Source: Hydrolagus colliei (Eukaryota). From it: 64,000 nt of DNA. This document shows, one piece after another, positions 14,459 through 24,222 of this stretch. The stretch covers positions 46,190,001 to 46,254,000 of the forward strand of contig CM068742.1 of NCBI GenBank assembly GCA_035084275.1. The letters are read 5' to 3'. Position 1 is the stretch's first letter, and the number at the start of each line of letters is the position of its first letter. Made by a program: the position numbers and the translations under genes. Under the pieces are notes generated by a model. It was not told the DNA's origin, made no database searches, and worked only from the letters and a program-made list of their open reading frames with translations.

Positions 14459-14783
14459 GGAGCCCAGTAGCTCAGTGGTTAGAGCACTCACTTTGAAAGT
14501 GAGAGATCTGGGTTCGATTCCCAGCAGGGTGAAACCCTTCCTTGGGGAAGTTTCTTTTCTCCACATACCTGATAATAATCCTTCAGGAAAAAAACCCAAT
14601 AATAAATTGATCACTTCAATCCACGACTGTTTATGGACACTGCTGTCTTGCACAATTAGCTGCCACGTTTCACCCATAAATATGCAGTCAATTTACTTTA
14701 CAATATATTCTGAGAAGCGCTTTGAGCCATCCAGAAGACGTGAAAAGCACTATATCAAATGCAAGGATTATTGTTATTATTAT
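14459..14783 (+). mobile_element. Full-length tRNA-derived SINE
   Basis: A box TAGCTCAGTGG, anticodon-like stem ctcac/gtgag, B box GGTTCGATTCC, then body and LINE-type tail ending (TAT)n. Four further near-full copies in the window. Confidence 0.9.
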
Positions 14784-15461
14784 AATAGAAACTTGGTGTA
14801 TTCCCACCTCATACACAATGTAATTAAATGATCACAGATCAGGCGATTTCTCCCCTCTTCTCACAAAATCAATGTAATAGTGATAATCTGTGCATTTGAT
14901 ATTGCACCTTCCACAGTGGGAGGAGGTAGCTCCTTTCACATTGCCTTAAAGTACTTTGCAAGATTTATTGTGAAGTTTTATGACGATGTATTTTGTAGAC
15001 AATCACAGCAGCCAGTTTGCACACAGCAGTATTATACAAACAGCCATGAAGTGAACTCAAAATCTTGTTGTGGGGCTTCTACCCATAACTTCTGACTCAG
15101 AGTCAAGAGCCCAACCAACTGAGCTAGATTGACACCTGCTAACACTCGGTGACTGGCAATGTGGTTGTGTGTATGGTACAAACAAGTGCCAATTGCCAGG
15201 CACTGGATGTGTTCTATTTGGACTTCCTTTCCCTCACTCCCCAGATTGTCTTGCATAAAATTTGAACTAATTATAGTTTCCTTTTATAAAAGGACCTTGA
15301 GCTTTTCCGTCACTATGTGATGGGTGAAACAACACTGAGCATGACAACAGAAATGCACTGGGGAGATTAGAGTTCTTTTAAAAGGGACCTTTCCAGTTCC
15401 AAAGAGGCCCAAATTCAGCAGATGTTTTAACTAAACCTGTACTGGTCTCAGCTCAGGCTGG

Positions 15462-15696
15462 AACCAAAAACAAAGGTTGCTGGGGAAACTCAGCAGGTCA
15501 AGCAGCATCCATGGAGAAAGGAAAAAGAGTCAACGTTTCGAGTCTACATCCCTTCCTCAGTCCTGACAAAGGGTTGTAGACCCGAAACGTTGACTCTTTT
15601 TCCTTTCTCCATGGATGCTGCTTGACCTGCTGAGTTTCCCCAGCAACCTATGTTTTTGTTTCAGATTCCCAGCATCTGTAGTATTTTGTGTTTTGT
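15462..15696. mobile_element. Palindromic Penelope-type (pseudo-LTR) element with minimal hammerhead motifs
   Basis: 14-bp TSD tcagctcaggctgg (15448-61, 15697-710); 99-bp inverted arms 15462-15560 and 15563-15661; CTGAnnA...GAAACGTT motif in each arm. Family assignment is from known PLE structure. Confidence 0.75.
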
Positions 15697-16512
15697 TCAG
15701 CTCAGGCTGGCCCTGGTCTCAGTTCAAAGCTGATAATCTATGTGCTCAATCTGACTTGATTCACACTCAGCCCTTCAACTCATTAGTTTAAATTCTTTAG
15801 ATGGATTTCTCGGAAGGTTTTAAACATTTTTCTGCCCGTAGCAGTGCAGTGGTGCAGCTACTGTTTTCACACCTTTCTTTCAGGCTTATCATATCAGAAC
15901 AGCTTCCACTTCCTTGCAGATAACTAGCTTCTTTGCATCAACTCAAAACTGCAGTTAAAACATTGCTTTTAGTTAAAGTTTGAGGATCATGTTTTTAGAA
16001 GCATTTGATACATCTAGCAAATTTTAAGCACCATGTATTGAATTACAGTTTATTAGTGCAGTTACCACCTTCCTAACTTTAGCACAGAATGAACTTTGTC
16101 ACAAATCTGCACCCATTAACATGAGATAGGAGTTAATTTCAGAATTTCCGTAGTACAGGTACTGTAGTTTGTTTTTCTCTTACAGTTGTATGTTAACTTG
16201 CAGTATTGCATATCTGTTGGTCTGGTGAAACATTGTGTGGATAATAATCACTCGATTATCAATTGACTATTAATTAAGACATAAAATATTCATTGCCACA
16301 ATCAACAATTTCACATTTTCAGAGTTTTAGCATTTTTTTCAAAGAGTCACAGAATGCGACAGCACAAACCTGCCATTCAATCTGTTTTCATCTTGTCTAA
16401 TGCCACTCTCATTCTCCATAACCTCTATTACTCCTCTTTTTCAAGTAGCTAATTTCCTAAGATTTTTTTGGTCAACTGCGTGTTTGACGCATGCAGAAAC
16501 GCTTAGCTCAGG

Positions 16513-16555
16513 AACCGGACTACTGAGCACCCCAGAGGTGCTCAGTAGTCTGGTT
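16513..16555. repeat. 19-bp-stem hairpin
   Basis: aaccggactactgagcacc / ccaga / ggtgctcagtagtctggtt; one G-T pair only. Confidence 0.9.
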
Positions 16556-17418
16556 GACATAATTCTGATATTCTGTTGATAAGCATTCATCTCCTCCATT
16601 TCGGAGCGAGCTAAGCCCCAGGGAGGCTATGCTAACATCCCTCCATCCCTCCTTTGCTCCTCAGAACAATGCTAAACTGGTTTGATGAACTCTTCCACTT
16701 TAACACTCTGTTGGTTTCTGTTGATGTCTATTGTTGGTTTTAGTCATTTGGTTGTTCAACCAATGTGGGATGATACCTTTATTAAGCAGCACTGGGTTGA
16801 AGGGGCTAGTGAGAGTGATTGTGGCTAAATTGACTGGGGAGCTATAATTATTAGCATGCCAGTTTTGCCACTCCAAATTATCTGTGGTGTATGTGTTAGT
16901 TCAGTTCCCACACACCAGTTCCCCCAAACCACATGCCTCTGATAACTTCTCAGTAATTACATTAAAAATATGCTCCTAAAAATTGTTGACAATTCTTCAA
17001 TATTAATTTTGGAAGAGGGACTCCAGTGGTAACAGTAGTTCCAGTGGTAACAGTGGTTCCTTTATTTGTTTCTAGAAAACTGTAAGACTTAATCTTTTTA
17101 AAAATTACATTGTTCTAGTGTAACTGTTTCAGAGATCTTAATCAACCAATTTTTTTAGACTCAAATAATGGCAATAGATAATTAGCTCTTTTACTGATGG
17201 GTAACATTCCCACCAAATAAATAGTGCTCAATGAGGAGTGACACTGAAAAGCTATATTTTTTTAAAAAACTCAGGGAAAAAAGGCAACAAAATAGATTTG
17301 TGCAATGTTTGTGCCTGTCAGTGCCTTGTGAGAATAATGCACTATGAAGCAATTAATAGCCTCCAACTAAATAATTGCTGTCTACTACAATAAAATAGCT
17401 GTGTCTTATTTGTAACAG

Positions 17419-17588
17419 GAAACGGATATGGGAATCCCCGCAATTCGCCAGGTTTGCTGGTCTCGCCTGGCAGCATGAAGAATATGTCAGCCAAGTCTCC
17501 CCCTCCGATGAACTTGGGCATGAACAACCGTAAGCCTGACCTCCGTGTTCTCATCCCACCAGGCCCAAAGAACACCATGCCGTCAGTG
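17419..17588 (+). CDS. MEF2C: MEF2C internal coding exon, transactivation region: (G)[56 protein letters not shown]
   Basis: Acceptor tgtaacAG (17417-18), donor GTaagt (17589). 170 nt, phase 1 to 0. Translation matches vertebrate MEF2C including the MAPK docking motif [11 protein letters not shown]. Confidence 0.97.
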
Positions 17589-18710
17589 GTAAGTGGCGAC
17601 TTTGTCTGGAACAAGGTTCCTATAAATAATCAAGATTGTCTATGCAGCTAGAATCTAGTATTTCAGGAAAATTGTAAGAAAGTTTATAATGTAAGGGACA
17701 GAATTCAGGCCATATTGATTAGTGTACATAATGAGGGCACCTGGTAGCACCAAAACATAGAACAAATCAACTTTATTTGGTGATGCATAGCAGAATTTAA
17801 CACCCCCCAGTGAATATTTAACGGCGTGAATATTTACAGCAGTTGAGGGAAAGTGCCGGCCGACCTTTCAAGGAGGTAGGGGTGTTATAGTGAAATATTA
17901 TGACTAAATATTGAGCAGTGTCCTTCACAAGTTCTTCATTAATTTCACGGGGAATTCTCTGATCATCTGTAAATGTACTGATCTTGGTGGGCAGTCCCAT
18001 CTTATCCTCTAATGCTCGGTTACTTTATCAACCTTGGCAGATGACATCGGAATGGGATTTTTCCTTTATAAATCTACACCCTCAAGGTGTGGACAATCAG
18101 AGAATTGCCCCATATTATCGCCTAAATTGGTTCTTTTTAGTGAAAGATTTTTAGATTAACATTGAAAATGTTTGCTGCACAACATCATCCTGAATCTTCT
18201 TCAGAACAGTATGAAATATCCTGTCCCATCACCAACACGTCATTCACAGCTAAACAAGACCCATAAAACACAAGACAACAGCGTCCGGAATATGGGGAAC
18301 GATCCAGTGTTCTCAAAGTATGATTTGGGACTCTTGGTAGGACCTCTCTGAGATCCAGGTGGATTTAAAACAAAAAGTCCAGAAATCGAGATGGCTTGTG
18401 GCACAGAGAACAGGGTCAGGAAATAAAGAACAATGTTCCATTGTTCATGTGTAGAATTGCTTATCTTCATTTCACAATTGAAGGTGGTCATATAAGCAAA
18501 GGGCAAATGCATTCAAGTGAAGACAGTGAAACGGCATCAGAATCCAATCAGGAGAAAGTGTGAAGCGGGTAAAAAGGAAATGCAAAAGACACAAATATAA
18601 AATAAATTTTAACACTGGGGGTTTAGGCCACGCTAAACCTCTCTAGATGGTATGTGGTGACTCTGTGTCCCAGCTAACGGTTATTCATTGCTCTTTTTTT
18701 ATGCTCACAG

Positions 18711-18734
18711 TCTGAGGATGTTGATTTATTATTG
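18711..18734 (+). CDS. MEF2C: MEF2C beta microexon, SEDVDLLL (alternatively spliced acidic activation peptide)
   Basis: tttttttatgctcacAG | TCTGAGGATGTTGATTTATTATTG | GTaagt. 24 nt, phase 0-0. Branch-point-like gctaac at 18673-78. Peptide equals the MEF2C beta exon. Confidence 0.96.
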
Positions 18735-19048
18735 GTAAGTGAGAATTTTGCTGATCCCTTCAAACATTTCCCCTGTACAAGACGAGCATTAACAGTGACT
18801 ACTTTTTCATTCTCTGATTTGTTTTTCATCAATCACCAAAGATAGCGGCAGTCTGCAAACAGTCTTCAAATCCTGTTACAAAATTCCATGGTCTGTACCG
18901 GTTAACATTCCCAACCCGTGCTGTTCACATTCTTATTTTTGCATCAGATTAATTGGAAAATAAAATTATAGTTCTGCGATTAAAGGGTAACTAAAATCCA
19001 ATTTACTTCCACATGGGATGTACAGAAAAAAGTAAAGGGGTGAAAATT

Positions 19049-19480
19049 ATAATAATCTTTGCATTCGATATAGCTCCGGAATACACAGTAGAAATGTCTC
19101 AAATTATTCGAAGGACGTTATTGTGAAGTAGAGTGACTGTGTAGTTGTAGGCAAATGTGGCAGCCAATTTGTACACACCAATATCTCACAAACAGCCATG
19201 AAGTGTATGACCAATTTTTATCTAAGGGATTGTTTTGGTCAGGATACCAGAAGAAACTTACTTTTCTTGTTGAATAGTGCCATGGGATCTTTAATGTGCA
19301 CCTGAACAGGAGGACGGAGCCTTGGTTTAACGCCTCATCCAAAATAAGGCACCTTCAACAATACAGCACTCCTCCACGCTGTATTGGAGGGTTAGCCTAG
19401 ACAATGTGTTCAATATGTGGGGATTTGAACCCACAACCTTTTGACTCCAGAGTTGAGATTGCTATCGACTGAGCTAAGCC
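19049..19480 (-). mobile_element. Full-length Deu-domain tRNA-SINE (SacSINE1/AmnSINE1-like core)
   Basis: Minus strand: tagctcagtcg, gggttcaaatcc, then gtgctgtattgttgaaggtgcc...ggatgaggcgttaaaccaagg...cctgttcaggtg...aaagatcccatggcactatt and a TAT tail. Degenerate relatives near 8170-8340, 14880-15130, 19940-20190, 37430-37620, 38040-38230, 43830-44300. Confidence 0.8.
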
Positions 19481-20200
19481 TTCAAATGTACTGGGAACTA
19501 GAAAGAGATTTAGGCTGGAATCTTGAAAGTTTCAGTCTGTTTACTGTGCGCCTCAGGCCAAAGGTACCTATCTTCAGGCCAGCCCATTGTCACAAAATGT
19601 GTAATGTGGGTGGGTGGGGGGTGGGTCATTATCTAGTCTCAGCTCCCATAGAGCAATGTGTCAATGACTTTCCTGATGGCATTTATCAATGACGTATATA
19701 CTATCAGTGGTGATAAATAACACATCAACATGTCTCAATTTTCATCCCACACCTTTACAATTCAGAGCTTGATATAAAACTGGAAATCCACTGCAATTTA
19801 ATCAATGTCTGCAAGAAACACAGGATGTTAAACCGAATTTAAGATCCTGATAGATTTGCAGTGAATTTCTATGTTTTTTTAAATTTCAGATTACCAGCAT
19901 TCAATTTTTCTTTGCAAATCCACTTGGAGAATGAATCTTACATTTTCATAGCATCAATAATGTCTTAAAGCATTTCACTGTAATTACAATTATGTGTAGT
20001 GACTGTCTATTCTTAGGCACGACATCCATTGTTCTTGCAGCAAAGCCCCACAAATAGGCTTGAGGTAAATAACAAAGCAGCTGTTCGTCACCTCCATCTT
20101 CACAGGGCTCTCCCATTACTACATTGGAGCATCAACCTAAACTATCAGTTCAAGTGCCGATCTGGAGCTTGAAACTACAACCTTCTCATTCAGCCACTCA

Positions 20201-20277
20201 GGATTATTATTATGATATATATCACTGAAGCCATTCAGCCAAAATGGCTTCAGTGACATATATCATAATAATAATCC
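20201..20277. repeat. 35-bp-arm inverted repeat
   Basis: 20201-35 and 20243-77 are reverse complements with one mismatch; 7-nt loop. Confidence 0.92.
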
Positions 20278-20650
20278 TTGCATTTGATAACAACAACAAC
20301 AAGTTTGATTTATATAGTGCCCTCCACGCCAGATGGTGTCTCAGAGCACTTCACAATAACGGATCCCAGACCCGAGCCAGAGGGAGGGGGGACTCTTGGT
20401 AGGACGTGGTCGAAAAGAAAGGCCTTCAGCTGAGATCTGAAACTAGGAAGAGAGGGGGCGAGGTGAAGGAGAGCTTCGACACAGCACTTTTCACATCCTA
20501 CAGACGTCTCGAAGCACTTCACAGAATATGCTGTAAAGTGAATTGACTGTACATTTGTGGGCAAAACGTGGCAGCCAATTGTGCACAGCAGTGTCCCACA
20601 TACAGTCGTGGATTGAAGTGACCCAATTTATTATTGTTTTCAATAATAAC
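20266..20650 (-). mobile_element. SINE interrupted by a nested L2 3' end (~20290-20479)
   Basis: SINE tail ccttgcatttgata breaks, (CAA)n plus L2 3' sequence follows, and SINE resumes at cacagcacttttcacatc. Confidence 0.8.
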
Positions 20651-20848
20651 AATAGTAACAATGTGGTGAATAAATAAGCAGTGTAGACCACCAGATAGGT
20701 GCCGTTAAAGGTTACACATCTGATCATCAATTAGTTGCTGTGGATCATATCTGTCTGGTTTTAAATTAGGAATGATGGACACCACCCAAAATGTGCTGAT
20801 GTTGTAAAGGCCAATTCTGAGTGGAGCAGCACGCAATAGAAGCTACAC

Positions 20849-20880
20849 AGCGCCACCTACTGCTGGTGTGAAATATTGCA
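20849..20880 (-). promoter_or_regulatory. Candidate CTCF site with upstream module
   Basis: Minus strand TGCAATATT-tcaca-CCAGCAGTAGGTGGCGCT: core motif plus upstream TGCAAT module at a 5-nt spacer. Confidence 0.7.
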
Positions 20881-21315
20881 GCCCACAGCCACACTGCTCA
20901 CAATTAAGACAAAGCTTTGTGCTCTTCACCTTTTGGATTATCCATTTTTTTTCGTGAGTTGAAATTTTTTTTAGAAAGAGAGAGAGAGAACCAATGACGG
21001 GGCAGCTGGCGTATTTTATCAGTTTTCCACATGGTCTACTTTGTGCCACTGTAATACTATCTTTGCTGGTGACTGGCACAGTTACCATGGAGATACTGAT
21101 GTAAATGGTTACCATGGGGACATGTAATCTCCTGAAGGATTGCAAATGATAGGGTTAGAAGGGTTCTTCCAGGCCAATTTGGTTTAAATGATTAATTTTA
21201 CGAAAAAACGTCTAGTGCACGCTATCCTGCGTTTCTCTCTGTGTTGAATATTAAAGAAGTGCACAGTTGTAACGATTAGACTTATACATGTATGATTATG
21301 TTTCTTTTTTCATAG

Positions 21316-21450
<135 letters not shown>

Positions 21451-22456
21451 TGACTCTTGATTGTTTCATCGACAGTAACAAGCATGCAGTAGGTCACACA
21501 AATTGATCCACTTCGGTTATTTGTATTAATTCATGTTTCTGATGTAATGCTGCAACCTTATTTTTAAAGGATTTATGTTCCCTTCTACAGCCAACTCATC
21601 AGCTAGTTTTAGGCACACGCACACTAACTGCTTTATGACTTCATACTTTTGTCCTCAAAATGTGATTTTTTTTTGACAGTCCAGTTATGCCTCAACAAAT
21701 GCACATGTCTACAAAGTGTTGTTACCATTTAAGATGCATTGTTAAATTCATCTGTGTGGAAAACAATCTTTTGGAAGATAGAGACATAGATAAAATCAGA
21801 GATGTTTTAAATTATAGTTTAGTTTGCAGTTCCAGTCACATACCTTGATCTTGGACATATGTTTAACTCCCCTCCCTCTTTTTTTCAATAGAAAACCAAT
21901 TTTGAACAACTGTGCATTGCAGGACGTACTTCCTGTTTTATTTATTGGATGAGATACCAGGAAGCATATGAAAACATACAGACAGATTATTGCCTAGAGA
22001 AAAGTGTTGGAAGTCTTTTACCAAACAGTGGGTTTCCTGCTGTGTTAAACTTTTCAAATTGTAGGTTATGCTAACATCCTTCAGTTTTGATTGTCATTTC
22101 TATCAGGCAGCCAGTAATACAATAAGAATCCCAATTGAAAGCAATTTTCTGAGTGTAATACTTCCAAAGCAATTTACCTTAAGTGTCCTGATGCACCTTG
22201 AATAAATGAACAGATTAGACTTACAAGCACGATACATTTTAATAGCATCATTGTGTGGAGCATTTGTTTTTCTTACCACATATTGCATTTTGAATTAAAT
22301 TTTCTCACAATTGTCACCAATCACATAATAAAGATCATGGCTGAAAATAAGATCTAAAACAATTAAAATTAATAATATTTGACTTTTAAAAAAGTGATTT
22401 TTAAAAAATGGTCCCGTCCATTCATCTGCCTTTATAACAGAACAGCTGGGTGTTTA

Positions 22457-22830
22457 ATAACAACAATAAGAAATTATATTTGTATAGCACCTTTCACATC
22501 GGGAGGATGTCGCAAGGCGCTAGACAGTCAGTGTTTCGGACCCGAGCTGGGGTCGGGATCAGGGATGGTAGAGGGAATGGAGCGGGAGGGGGCTGACCAA
22601 TGGCTGGGTCGAAGAGGAGAGCCTTGAGGCGGGACTTGAAAGAGGCTAGAGAGGAGGCTAGAAAGGGCTGCAGGATGGAATTCCAGAGTGGCTGAAAGCT
22701 CGCTGATGGTGGGGTGGGTGGGTCAGGGGACATGGAGCAGTATGAGTGGAGTGAGTGGATAGGTTGGTAGAAGGTTAGGAATTTGCAGATGTAGTGTAGG
22801 GCAAGGTCATGGATGGCTTTATAGGTGAAA
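22457..22830 (-). mobile_element. L2 LINE 3' fragment
   Basis: Minus ORF LWNSILQP..LASSLASFKSRLKALLF is the L2 ORF2 C-terminus; followed by the family tail. Confidence 0.8.
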
Positions 22831-23174
22831 TAAGCATAAACATGGTGTTTTCAAGGTAGGAAATGTAGATTTTCAAATAATTTTCAGCCAGTTTTGTTGG
22901 AGAACTCCAGCAAAGAATTCAAGAATTAGTCCATATTAAGTGAACAGAAGCATCAGATAATAATGGATGTCAAGATGACTGTGTGTGAGGCCGAAGGCAG
23001 CAGTCACAGCAGTGTCTGTTTCTTGGCGATAGAACCAGAGAGTGAGACTGATACTATCAGTCCAAGTAAGGCTCAAATATGACTTGGCTGTAGCCCAGTC
23101 TATTTTACATAATATCTTACACACAGTCACTGCAGAGCTCAGAGGCATAACAATATTTTGCTAGAATCCTAATA

Positions 23175-23914
23175 CAGTAGAAACCCATTTATCTGTGACT
23201 CAATTAACCGGCACTTCCGTATAACTGGCACGCCCAAAAAAAGTCCCCATTCAATAAACCGGAACTTATCTGGAACAATAGCAGTGGAGCATTTGTAAAT
23301 GCATAAATAGTAACATAATAACAGAATATTGTATTGGTACTTATTGTTAAAACTATTCTCTTACGCTTCTCACCTTTACTGGTAGATGCTGCGCTTGAAG
23401 CCATGATGCTGCGGTTGAGGTTTATAGTCCAGCGGTTCTTTTTAAAATGGAGCACGCCAAGCAGGTGAAAAAAAGGAGCGCAATTTTAAAGCCGTACTAG
23501 CGGCAAGCCGATAACGCTAGCTGATAACCCACATTGTCGCACAGGTGCAGTATATCGGTTTGCTGCTAGTAGAGTCTAGAGCTATAGGCTTGCCACTAGT
23601 AAAGTCGCGAGACTTTAAAATCGTGCTGCCATTTTTTTCACCCGCTTGGCATCCTCCATTCAAAAAAAGAATCGCTGGACTGTAAACCTCAATCAATCAA
23701 GGTGAGAAGCGCAAGAGAGTAGTTTTAACAATAAGTACCAATACAATATTCTGTTATTATCTGTTATTATTTAGTCTGGTGTGTATGGTGTGTGTTAAAA
23801 GAACTTAAATTTTTTTGTGGTGGGTTTTCGGCCGCAGGCCAACCGAGTATCCGGCAGGCGCTTTAACCGGCATTGGCCAGGTCCCGCGGATGCTGGATAA
23901 ACGGGCTTTTACTG
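23175..23914. mobile_element. Tigger-like MITE with long internal inverted arms
   Basis: TA|CAGTAGAAACCCATTTATC ... GATAAACGGGCTTTTACTG|TA (TIRs plus TA TSD); internal arms ~23317-23508 vs ~23588-23758; remnant KRKRIVLTI of a CENP-B/TIGD-type N-terminus. Confidence 0.85.
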
Positions 23915-24089
23915 TATAATGGAGTCTTGATCACAATACACATTCACACAGGCTGATTCATGTTGAATGTATATTAAATCAGCAGGATATCTTAAATCAA
24001 TAATTAAAAGTCAACGACTTTATCAATGACTTTATGAATCAACTTTAATTTTCCATTTTTCTTCCAATCCCTTCCTGCACACAATAAAG

Positions 24090-24222
24090 AATATTCGCTT
24101 GCTAGTGCCGACTTGTCATCTCTCTCTGGGTTTAACACCGGAGCCCTCCACCTGGGCTCAGTGACTGGATGGCAGCAACATCAGCTACAGAATATGCAAC
24201 ACTCAGCTCTAAACCAGCTGGG
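24090..24222 (+). CDS. MEF2C: MEF2C coding exon (E)[43 protein letters not shown](G)
   Basis: Acceptor ataaAG (24088-89), donor GTaagt (24223). 133 nt, phase 1 to 2, frame joins both neighbouring exons; translation matches MEF2C. Confidence 0.95.

Noticed and set aside
14459-14535. tRNA gene
   Set aside because: No proper acceptor stem or terminator; runs into a SINE body; anticodon differs between copies.
17022-17060. 18-nt tandem duplication tccagtggtaacagt(a/g)gt
   Set aside because: Simple slippage duplication, no sign of function; likewise 60221-60251.
1-17418. Upstream MEF2C exons (MADS/MEF2 domain, alpha exons, GGLMGGDL exon)
   Set aside because: No matching sequence with splice sites was found by eye; this looks like one long intron with the previous exon outside the window. 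A small exon could have been missed.
17454-17651. Standalone 65-aa gene from the ORF track
   Set aside because: It is a MEF2C exon read past its donor into the intron.
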